Shown here one piece after another: positions 1 through 7,458 of a DNA stretch of 26,177 bases; position 1 is the stretch's first letter, and each line of letters begins with the position of its first letter. The position numbers and the translations under genes were made by a program. The notes beneath the pieces were generated by a model. That model searched no databases. It saw only the letters and a program-made list of their open reading frames with translations, and was not told the DNA's origin. The stretch is from Candidatus Undinarchaeales archaeon (lineage in GTDB: Archaea > SpSt-1190 > JASMDC01). The stretch is taken from assembly GCA_030753015.1 (NCBI GenBank), contig JASMDC010000048.1, positions 1 through 26,177 of the forward strand, given 5' to 3'.

Positions 1-91
1 CGGACATCGTGCGTTCGTGATCGTGATGAAAAAGGATTAGTGGAAAGCTGTCACGATTTTATTTTGTCCCACAGCCGACCCCAGGGAAACG

Positions 92-99
92 TTTTTAAA
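92..99 (+). promoter_or_regulatory. TATA box for membrane protein paralog A
   Basis: TTTTTAAA preceded by purine-rich GGGAAAC (BRE-like), ~50 nt before GTG 148. Confidence 0.55.
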
Positions 100-147
100 C
101 CCGTTCCAGCTCTGACAATCCACTCCCCCCAGGAGGAAGGAACCACC

Positions 148-495
148 GTGAGGCTGTTACAGAGCAAACGTGGCCAGGGCGTTGCAGGTCCCATTGATGA
201 GATCCTCTTCTTCATCCTCATCCTCATCTTCGTGTTCGGCTACTCGCCATTGGAGGCGATGTCACTCACGGGACGCATCAGCTACTGGGTGTTCGTGCTG
301 TTCCTGGCCCCGGTCGCGGTAGTGTTCCTCTCCCACCTCCTCTTCGATCCCGAGCCCATCGGCGGTGACCACGACCACTGGTGGGACGGATACGCGCGAC
401 AGGTGCACGTGACGGCCGGTACCGAGAAACTCAACAAGCTCACTCTCACCGAGGCGCAGCACCCCGACCACCACTACGCTTACCGAACGCTCTGA
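148..495 (+). CDS. small two-TM membrane protein of unknown function, paralog A
   Basis: GTG 148 follows AGGAGG; KRGQ N-terminus then two hydrophobic segments; aligns end to end with 548..913 (PxDEI, VFGYxPLEA, ISYWxFV, EPIGG, WWDxYA, NKxTLTE). Confidence 0.75.
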   Translation: MRLLQSKRGQGVAGPIDEILFFILILIFVFGYSPLEAMSLTGRISYWVFVLFLAPVAVVFLSHLLFDPEPIGGDHDHWWDGYARQVHVTAGTEKLNKLTLTEAQHPDHHYAYRTL

Positions 496-505
496 GGTCG
501 CTGTC

Positions 506-519
506 CGAAAGCTATTTAA
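506..519 (+). promoter_or_regulatory. BRE/TATA promoter for paralog B
   Basis: CGAAA-GC-TATTTAA ~30 nt before ATG 548. Confidence 0.55.
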
Positions 520-547
520 CACCCGTTAGGATATCTTCTAGTGGGAG

Positions 548-913
548 ATGGGCGTAACGCGAGACCTGCTTCGTGCACGGAGAGGGCATGGCCCCGCCGG
601 ACCTTTCGACGAGATCGCCATGTTCATTCTCATCCTCATCTTAGTGTTCGGCTACACACCGCTAGAGGCCCTGAACCTCACCGGGGATATCAGCTATTGG
701 ACCTTCGTCGCGATCGTCGCTCCCATCTGCCTCCTCTTCGTCGCCTATCTGGCATACGACTCTGAACCCATCGGAGGCGAACGGGACGACTGGTGGGATT
801 CGTACGCGAGTCAGATCAACCAGCGCCACGGGATCGAGCGCATCAACAAGGTGACGCTCACCGAGGGCAGCAAGAACCACTCCTGTGACCACGACGACCA
901 TCATCATCACTGA
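548..913 (+). CDS. small two-TM membrane protein of unknown function, paralog B, His-rich C-terminus
   Basis: Clear paralogy with 148..495; ends HSCDHDDHHHH. Confidence 0.8.
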   Translation: MGVTRDLLRARRGHGPAGPFDEIAMFILILILVFGYTPLEALNLTGDISYWTFVAIVAPICLLFVAYLAYDSEPIGGERDDWWDSYASQINQRHGIERINKVTLTEGSKNHSCDHDDHHHH

Positions 914-947
914 TATCTTGGCCCGATGTCGTCCGGGATCGAACGCT

Positions 948-1538
948 TCATCCACCGGATATCTTGCCCGAGCAGATGGCGCGCTCTGAATGTTCGCCCA
1001 CTGCCCCGAGCACGTCGTAGGTCACCCGCACCTTCGATGTGTACTGGCTACCCACATTAAGGTCAGTGGCACCGTTGCCCACGTCCTCTATCGAGAACAT
1101 GACGTTCGTGGACTCCATAACAAGGTGAGCCAGACAACCGCTCGTAGGATCACCCTCGACATTATTGAAGGAGCAATCGGTCCCCCGCTCCGACCACGTC
1201 ACCATGGTACCGTCGGGATACTCGACGAATATATTCGTCACCCGGACGACCCCGGTCACCGTGTTGAGCAGGTGGAGGTCGAACCGGCTCTCGCGATCGT
1301 TCCCGTCCGAGTCGTCGATGGGGAGGTCCCATGTCCCGGGCTCGCGGGTGGCCACGAGAACATGGTCCTTGTACACGAGTCTATCGAATCCCACGCATGA
1401 CGTCTTCATGTAGCTGAGCGGATTGAAGAAGCCCATGGAGTAGAAGGCAGCGCCAGCGATGACGATGATGAGGAACGTCCACCCGTAGGTGCCCAGGAAC
1501 TCCATCCCGGCCTGACCATGGTGGGCTTTCAGTATCAT
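948..1538 (-). CDS. archaeal type IV pilin-like protein (class III signal peptide)
   Basis: HHG|QAGMEFLGTYGW + hydrophobic helix + GFFNP; Glu at +5; four Cys conserved with the 3876..4940 N-terminal domain. Confidence 0.85.
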   Translation of the reverse strand: MILKAHHGQAGMEFLGTYGWTFLIIVIAGAAFYSMGFFNPLSYMKTSCVGFDRLVYKDHVLVATREPGTWDLPIDDSDGNDRESRFDLHLLNTVTGVVRVTNIFVEYPDGTMVTWSERGTDCSFNNVEGDPTSGCLAHLVMESTNVMFSIEDVGNGATDLNVGSQYTSKVRVTYDVLGAVGEHSERAICSGKISGG

Positions 1539-1766
1539 ATCGCATCCCTGCTATCGGTTAATATTATTCCAACCTCTACCTAACACCTCTAGACGGACCG
1601 TCGCTATATTCTTCGTCCATGGAGTGTATATACCGTGCTATACTAGATAGTCCATCTCCTGCTATTAGACAATTACTCGCGACCATCACACAATGATTCT
1701 GCAACGAGGGGTGCTGTTATCACCCACAAAAGAGCGGGGATCGTGACCGACCGTGTGCCCGATGGC

Positions 1767-3809
1767 CTAGGGCAACCAGCAGGAGGCGATCCCCTCTATG
1801 TCGTTGTAGGTCGAGGTGGTCGTGATGGATTCGCCCGACACGATCTCTTCTTGCTCTATATCGTAGACGTAGATCCTGTCACGGCCGTGAATACCGATCC
1901 ACAGCTTGCCGTCGGGGCGCATCTCCAGGCCTTCCGCATCAGTGGATCCCGGGAGGTTCCGATCGATCCTTGTCAGTCCTGGATCGCTGGGATCGTAGAC
2001 GTAGAGGTTGTCATCCTCGACGGCGTAGAGGAGGGTGCCATCGTCGTTCCACGCCAGTCCCTCGACGTTCTTACTGTTCGAATAGACAAGGGTACCCGCC
2101 CCTGTAGCGGTGTTGATCGTGATGAGGCCGTTATCCTCGGACCATCCATACAGTACACCATCGGACGGTCGGAACGAGAGGCCGACGACCTCCTCGAACC
2201 CCGTGATGGGGCCCACAGGGGCGATCATGCCGGTCACAGCATCGATTATGTGTAGGATAGCGATCTTCGAGTTGTCGTACGCAGTAGCGTAGAGCAGTCT
2301 CGTCGTGGGATGGATGTCGAGACCCTCGAAGTCCATGTTCCCACGGACAGGACCCAGCTCGGTGATCGAGCCCGTACCTAGGTCGATGGAGATGAACTGG
2401 GAGTCCTTACCCCTATCATCATGTATGGCGTAAAGGACTGTGGGTGCGCCCGATCCACAGGTGACAGGATTGACGATGTTGCAGGTGTTTTCGAACGTGC
2501 AGATGTCATCGCCCGAGCAGTCACTGTCTGTGGTGCACTCCGGCCCGGGAGTCGGAGTGGGTGTCGGCGTTGGCGTGGGTGTCGGCGTTGGCGTGGGCGT
2601 TGGCGTGGGCGTGGGCGTGGGCGTGGGCGTTGGCGTGGGCGTGGGCGTGGGCGTTGGCGTGGGTGTCGGTGTCGAGCTGCTCGTGATATGGATGAAGCAG
2701 ATCTTGGAGTTGCTGGATCCTGCCGCAGGATTGACCGTCAGCTTTCCATCGCTCACGGTCACGGTCGTGGTGTACTCGTCATAGTTGTCCTGGCCGTCCG
2801 GATCGGTCAGCACCGTCCCCTCGACGTTAAACGTGTTCACTTGGTCAGTATGGTCCGGGTCGCCCGCTGCCAGGAGAATATCGTAGGCCCCGTTGGGAAC
2901 CTCGATCTCCCAGGTCCGGTCACCGGACTTCTCGAGGTGGTTCAGCGTGTCGTAGCGCTGGTCCGGATTGGTACCGCGGTCACGGGTCTCGAAGTTGTTG
3001 GAATCCCAGCCGTAGCTGTAGCCGTTACCGCGGTCACCAAAGGCCTCGCCGCTATCCATCATATACCCGGACGGTACGGGGCGGCCATCTGGCTGGAAGT
3101 TGACCTGCATACCCGGGACAGGGGTGGGTGTCGGTGTGGGAGTAGGTGTGGGAGTAGGTGTCGGCGTGGGTGTGGGAGTTGGTGTCGGTGTGGGTGTGGC
3201 TGACGGGTCCGGTGTGGGCGTCGGGGTCGCCGACGGACCGGGCGTGGGCGTCGGTGTGGCGCCGCCGGGCGGTTGTTCGGAGGGATCGTCGCTCATGACC
3301 CACCAGGTGATAGTGTTGACGATCTCGCCTGCCGCTGCGATGTCCAGGTCGCCGTCGCCGTCGAGGTCGGCGGCGTGGACGGAGAGCGCCCCGTCGAAGT
3401 TGTCGACCACGTAGTTGCGGGTCCAGACAGATCCCTTGTTCTCGTACCACGAGATGGAGCCGTCGTTGTACTGTGCGATAACGAGGTCGAGGTCGCCGTC
3501 GGCGTTGATGTCGGCCGCGAAGATGCTGGTGACGTGCTCGAAGTTACCGTCGATGACGTGCTCGTCCCAGCTGGCGCCGTTCTCCCACCACAGGAGCTTG
3601 GCGTCGTCGTATGCGGCGCCGATGATGTCAAGGTCGCTGTCGCCGTCCAGGTCGGCCGCGTGGACCGCAGACGCACCGTCGAAGTCGTCCTTGATGACGT
3701 GCTTGGTCCAGCCGCTGCCGGTGTTCTCCCACATGGCGATCTCGTTCTCGATGTACCCGGCGGAGAGAACGTCGATGTCGCTGTCGCCGTCGATATCGGC
3801 CCCGTACAC
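1767..3809 (-). CDS. C-terminal part of pilin-adhesin fusion: FG-GAP repeats 4-7, Pro/Thr linkers, carbohydrate-binding-like domain, Cys-rich motif, beta-propeller
   Basis: Same frame as 3876..4940 and open from 3875; DxDGDxDxD repeats; VNFQP..GY..DSG..FGDRGNGYSYGW domain; CTTDSDCSGDDICTFENTC; repeated EGL/VGL blades; no signal peptide of its own. Confidence 0.8.
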   Translation of the reverse strand: MYGADIDGDSDIDVLSAGYIENEIAMWENTGSGWTKHVIKDDFDGASAVHAADLDGDSDLDIIGAAYDDAKLLWWENGASWDEHVIDGNFEHVTSIFAADINADGDLDLVIAQYNDGSISWYENKGSVWTRNYVVDNFDGALSVHAADLDGDGDLDIAAAGEIVNTITWWVMSDDPSEQPPGGATPTPTPGPSATPTPTPDPSATPTPTPTPTPTPTPTPTPTPTPTPTPVPGMQVNFQPDGRPVPSGYMMDSGEAFGDRGNGYSYGWDSNNFETRDRGTNPDQRYDTLNHLEKSGDRTWEIEVPNGAYDILLAAGDPDHTDQVNTFNVEGTVLTDPDGQDNYDEYTTTVTVSDGKLTVNPAAGSSNSKICFIHITSSSTPTPTPTPTPTPTPTPTPTPTPTPTPTPTPTPTPTPTPTPTPGPECTTDSDCSGDDICTFENTCNIVNPVTCGSGAPTVLYAIHDDRGKDSQFISIDLGTGSITELGPVRGNMDFEGLDIHPTTRLLYATAYDNSKIAILHIIDAVTGMIAPVGPITGFEEVVGLSFRPSDGVLYGWSEDNGLITINTATGAGTLVYSNSKNVEGLAWNDDGTLLYAVEDDNLYVYDPSDPGLTRIDRNLPGSTDAEGLEMRPDGKLWIGIHGRDRIYVYDIEQEEIVSGESITTTSTYNDIEGIASCWLP
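2548..2673 (-). repeat. coding (Thr-Pro)x21 hexamer tandem repeat
   Basis: Degenerate GGCGTG/GGCGTT/GGTGTC hexamers on the + strand. Confidence 0.95.
3121..3258 (-). repeat. coding Thr-Pro linker with PSATPTPTP units
   Basis: TPTPTPGPSATPTPTPDPSATPTP... Confidence 0.9.
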
Positions 3810-4292
3810 GTCACGGGCGCCGCCGAAGGACGCGTCGATCGAGTGCTTGGTCCAGCCGCTGCCGGTGTTCTCCCATCAGGCGACCTCGGAGGCGAGGGCG
3901 CCAGCGCCGAGCACGTCGATGTCGCTATCACCGTCCAGGTCGATGGCGTGTATCGCGCGGGCGCCGTCGAAGGAGGAGTCGATGGAGTGCTTGGTGAACG
4001 TGGGCGGGCTCGCACCGTCGTTCTCCCACCAGGCGATCTCGTCGCCCGTGAAAGCAGCCCCGACGACGTCCATGTCGCCGTCGCCGTTCAGGTCGGCGGC
4101 GTAGGCGTCCCTCACTCCTAAGAAGGAGGAATCGATGAGGTGCTCGTCCCAGCCGGACGCGCCGCCGAGGTTCTCCCACCAGGCGATGGTGTCAACATCG
4201 TACCCGGCACCGAGCACGTCAACATCACCGTCGCCGTCGATGTCGGCCGCGTACACCGCCGTGGCTCCGCCGAAGTCCGACTCGAGATCGTA
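3296..4292 (-). repeat. seven FG-GAP-like repeats (~48 aa each) spanning the internal TGA
   Basis: Seven A(A/I)D(I/L)(D/N)xDxDxD...W(W/Y)EN-type units; 33-nt identical copies at 3699-3731 and 3843-3875. Confidence 0.9.
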
Positions 4293-4940
4293 GCCCTGGA
4301 TCGGGACGGGGTTGCCGAAGTAGGCCCGGTCGTCGCCACCGAGCTCGATCTTGCCCGAGCAGATGGCCGTCTCGGACATGCCCTGCAGCTCGCCGAAGCT
4401 GTCGTAGGTGACCTTCACCTTCGCCCGGTAGACATTCCCGCCGAGCAGGTCAAGCGTCCCCGCCCCAACGTCCTCCATACGGAGAGTGACGATCTCAGCC
4501 TCAGTGAGGTTGTGCTGCTGGCATCCCGAGTTGGTCTCGCCATCACGGTTGAACGTCTCGCACGCGTACCCACGGTCGGTCCACCGCTGGACCACACCCT
4601 CGGGAAACTCGACTAGAACCTCCTTGATCATGACCTGCTTACCGAAGCCGTTCTGGAGACGAAGGTTGAAGAGGCTCTCCCGGTCGTTGCCGTCAACGTT
4701 GTCGTCCGGGATGTCGAAGAGGCCGGTCTCGCGCCTGGCACCGAGGAGGTGGTCACGGTAATGGAGTTTCTGGAAACCGACACAGGAGCTCTTGACGTAG
4801 GTGCCGGGATTCAAGAAGCCCATGGAGTTCAAAGCAGCACCAGCGATAACGATGACGAGGAAGAGCCAGCCGTAGGTCATCAAGAATTCTATTGATGCCT
4901 GACCGCGCTTGCTTCTGAAATGCATCCAAATACCCCTCAT
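3876..4940 (-). CDS. N-terminal part of pilin-adhesin fusion: class III signal-peptide pilin domain + FG-GAP repeats 1-3
   Basis: KRG|QASIEFLMTYGW; pilin domain paralogous to 948..1538; ends at a TGA in a Trp position (EVA*WEN); alternative start ATG 4925. Confidence 0.85.
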   Translation of the reverse strand: MRGIWMHFRSKRGQASIEFLMTYGWLFLVIVIAGAALNSMGFLNPGTYVKSSCVGFQKLHYRDHLLGARRETGLFDIPDDNVDGNDRESLFNLRLQNGFGKQVMIKEVLVEFPEGVVQRWTDRGYACETFNRDGETNSGCQQHNLTEAEIVTLRMEDVGAGTLDLLGGNVYRAKVKVTYDSFGELQGMSETAICSGKIELGGDDRAYFGNPVPIQGYDLESDFGGATAVYAADIDGDGDVDVLGAGYDVDTIAWWENLGGASGWDEHLIDSSFLGVRDAYAADLNGDGDMDVVGAAFTGDEIAWWENDGASPPTFTKHSIDSSFDGARAIHAIDLDGDSDIDVLGAGALASEVA

Positions 4941-5125
4941 AGCACCATCTAACGATTATCAAAGTACATGCTTCTTCCAATATTTAGTCATCTTGTGCTT
5001 TAATGCTTTCTACATAGGTTGTATATACAATAAATACATCTATACCATTCCACAAAGTACCTACATAAATACGACGTGAGCTCCAGATAATCAGTCATTT
5101 AAAACAGCAAGCCCATTGGACGTCC

Positions 5126-6502
5126 ATGAAATCGCAGCATGTGACTATAATTGCCGGTCTTGAGTATGGCAATAGGACGCTGCGTGATTTCTTGCCACGC
5201 GATGTCGATGTCCACATCCTGCGCCCCACATCCTGCGCGACGCCTGTCGGTGATCCCGCGACCGCGCTGGCCCGTGCGCTCGACGAGCCGCTAGGGATGC
5301 TGAGCCTAAGAGAGACGGTGGCACAGCACTACCTGCGAGGGAGGTCCGTGCTCATCCTCGTCGACGACAACACACGCCCGAACCAGCACACGCGGATCCT
5401 CCTTCCGCTGTTGCGCGATGCGCTCATCAGATGCGGTGTTGCCGATGATGACGTCCAGGTCATGGTCGCCTCCGGTACCCACCGCCCACCTACCGAGGAG
5501 GAGGTGGCCCGCATGATCCTAACGCCGGAACTGGCCCGCGACTTTGGCGAGAGGGTGTTCGTCCATGACTGCGACCGGGACAACGAGCGCATCGGTACCA
5601 CCCGGTTCGGGACACCCGTATGGCTCGACCGTCGCCTGCTCGAAGCGTCCATGGTCATCCCCCTCACCGACAGCGAGTTCCATTACTTCGCCGGCCAGGC
5701 GGGGACCGTGAAGTCCATCTGCCCCGGGACCGCAGGTCGGGAGACCATCCAGGTGAACCACGCTCGGATGTTCCATCCCGAGCACGGGTTCATGTCAGAG
5801 TGCCGGCTTGCCAATATCAAAGACAATCCCGTCTTCCAGGACATCACGGAGATCGCCCGCATGGCGACCGAGCGGGTGCCTGTGTTCGGCGTGGACGCCG
5901 TGATGGACTGCGGCCACATCGTGCACCTCGCGGCCGGGGAGCTGGGAGCGCTCCACTCCGCTGCAGCGCCCGTGCTCGAGGGATTGCGGGTGGTCGACAT
6001 AGAACGGCCCGGCGATATCGTCGTGGTGTCCGCAGCAGCCCAGGGCATCAACCTCTATCAAGCTGTAAAGGCCGTCCACTGTGGCTGGAACGCGGTACGC
6101 AAGGACGGTCGCGGACGCATCGTTGTGATCGCCCCGTGCTCGGACGGCGTCGGTAACGAGGCGTTCAGCGAGGCCATGTCGGCCGTCGCAGGTCTCCCCC
6201 CACGGGAGGCGATGCGCAAGGTGATCGCCAAGCGGTGCGGGGCCGATGTCTTCCGCATAGGGAACCAGAAGCCTGTGGACCTGCTACGCACCATCGACAC
6301 CGTGGGGGAGGGGAGTATCAACATGCTCACCGAGATGGACCCCCAAGAGCTCGAGGGGGTGTTCCGGCTGGTCGCCATCCCGGCAGGAAGCGATCCTGCT
6401 GCGGCCCTGCGAGTAGCTCTCAAGGGATTCGCTTCAGAGCACGAACGGCCGCTCATATATCTGCTGGAGGATCCGTCGGTACTAGTTCGGATCCCTCCAT
6501 GA
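5126..6502 (+). CDS. larA: LarA-family nickel-pincer-dependent 2-hydroxyacid racemase/epimerase
   Basis: DDNTRP, ASGTHR, VHDC, HYFAGxxGxxKSICPG, NH and NLYQAVK motifs; TATA-like ATTTAAAA at 5097-5104; substrate not determinable. Confidence 0.85.
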   Translation: MKSQHVTIIAGLEYGNRTLRDFLPRDVDVHILRPTSCATPVGDPATALARALDEPLGMLSLRETVAQHYLRGRSVLILVDDNTRPNQHTRILLPLLRDALIRCGVADDDVQVMVASGTHRPPTEEEVARMILTPELARDFGERVFVHDCDRDNERIGTTRFGTPVWLDRRLLEASMVIPLTDSEFHYFAGQAGTVKSICPGTAGRETIQVNHARMFHPEHGFMSECRLANIKDNPVFQDITEIARMATERVPVFGVDAVMDCGHIVHLAAGELGALHSAAAPVLEGLRVVDIERPGDIVVVSAAAQGINLYQAVKAVHCGWNAVRKDGRGRIVVIAPCSDGVGNEAFSEAMSAVAGLPPREAMRKVIAKRCGADVFRIGNQKPVDLLRTIDTVGEGSINMLTEMDPQELEGVFRLVAIPAGSDPAAALRVALKGFASEHERPLIYLLEDPSVLVRIPP

Positions 6503-7352
6503 ACTTGTCCTTCCACAGCTCCTGACGCCGGGCCTCGAGGAGGTTGTTATCCTGGCCCAGGTACTCGGCGGCGGTCATCACGCGCTCGTCCTCCCACACC
6601 GAGGTGAGCTTCGAGCGGTACTCCAGCTGGCGGACGGCGTGGTGGTCGAGCACGAGCTTCTTCACTCGCGTCTCGTCCAGGAGGCGGCGCAATCCCTTCT
6701 CCGCATCTTCAAGGAGATGTGTCTTGAGCTTCCCGGCAACGTAGAACCGGGGGCCACCCACGACAAGGATGGTGGGATCCCGGTCGATGATCCATTGGAG
6801 TGTTGCCTCCTCGGTGGGGCCCTGTACGTCCGAAGTGTGGACGAACGAGCCCTCCTTGGACCTTACATTGGTCATGAGCACGTACCCACGTCTGGTGCGG
6901 CTCGTACCGTGGGGCACCGCGGGGCTCATCTCGATGGTGCAGCCGGTCAGCTTGTACTTCTGGCCGTCACCGAACTCCATCTGCCGGGTCATGCTCCTCA
7001 GCCTATTGATGAAGAAGGGCGCATGCACCATCTTCTGGCTGCGGTTGATGTTCTCCTTGGGGTGCTTGACGATGACCAGCTTCTGTGTATAGAAGTTGGA
7101 GTTCGGACCATAATGGTCGTGGTGGAAGTGGGAGACGATGATGGTGTCCGCGGTCTCTGCGACCTCGGCGATGCGCTCGGCGATTTCCGTGAGGGCGTCC
7201 ATCTCGGGGCTCGTGGCCGGCAGCCCGAACCGGGTCTTGGCGAGGCAGGCACCAGGGTCCACGACGATACGGTGATCACCTGCGCGCACGAGGGTGCACA
7301 TGGAGCGCACGCCCATCGAGTCGAAGGCGATAGGGACGACCTCGAAAACCAC
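6453..7352 (-). CDS. MBL-fold metallo-hydrolase, archaeal UPF0282 family
   Basis: FDSMGVRSM, DPG, SHFHHDHY, VPHG, HTSDVQGP, LDHH, TAAEYLG, LLEARR. Confidence 0.88.
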   Translation of the reverse strand: MVFEVVPIAFDSMGVRSMCTLVRAGDHRIVVDPGACLAKTRFGLPATSPEMDALTEIAERIAEVAETADTIIVSHFHHDHYGPNSNFYTQKLVIVKHPKENINRSQKMVHAPFFINRLRSMTRQMEFGDGQKYKLTGCTIEMSPAVPHGTSRTRRGYVLMTNVRSKEGSFVHTSDVQGPTEEATLQWIIDRDPTILVVGGPRFYVAGKLKTHLLEDAEKGLRRLLDETRVKKLVLDHHAVRQLEYRSKLTSVWEDERVMTAAEYLGQDNNLLEARRQELWKDKFMEGSELVPTDPPADI

Positions 7353-7458
7353 GACCTATTCTCGAACGGTAATTCACTTAAAGATTATCGAAAAGGATCC
7401 GGCGCCCTGAGTGCTAGTTACTTAAGGTTTGAAGGGGTGGCAGCGGCCAGGTGTTCCC

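Noticed and set aside
1-40. 3' end of an upstream gene (GHRAFVIVMKKD*)
   Set aside because: Too short to assign
2421-3414. + strand ORFs with GVGVGV or RGRGRW repeats
   Set aside because: Antisense shadows of the Thr-Pro linkers
3876-3878. Genome-wide TGA=Trp recoding or selenocysteine
   Set aside because: TGA ends many genes here at their expected C-termini (dacZ, argG, drg), Trp is TGG elsewhere, and the site is a Trp rather than Cys position
2548-4292. CRISPR array
   Set aside because: Repeats are in-frame coding units with no repeat-spacer pattern, and no cas genes are present
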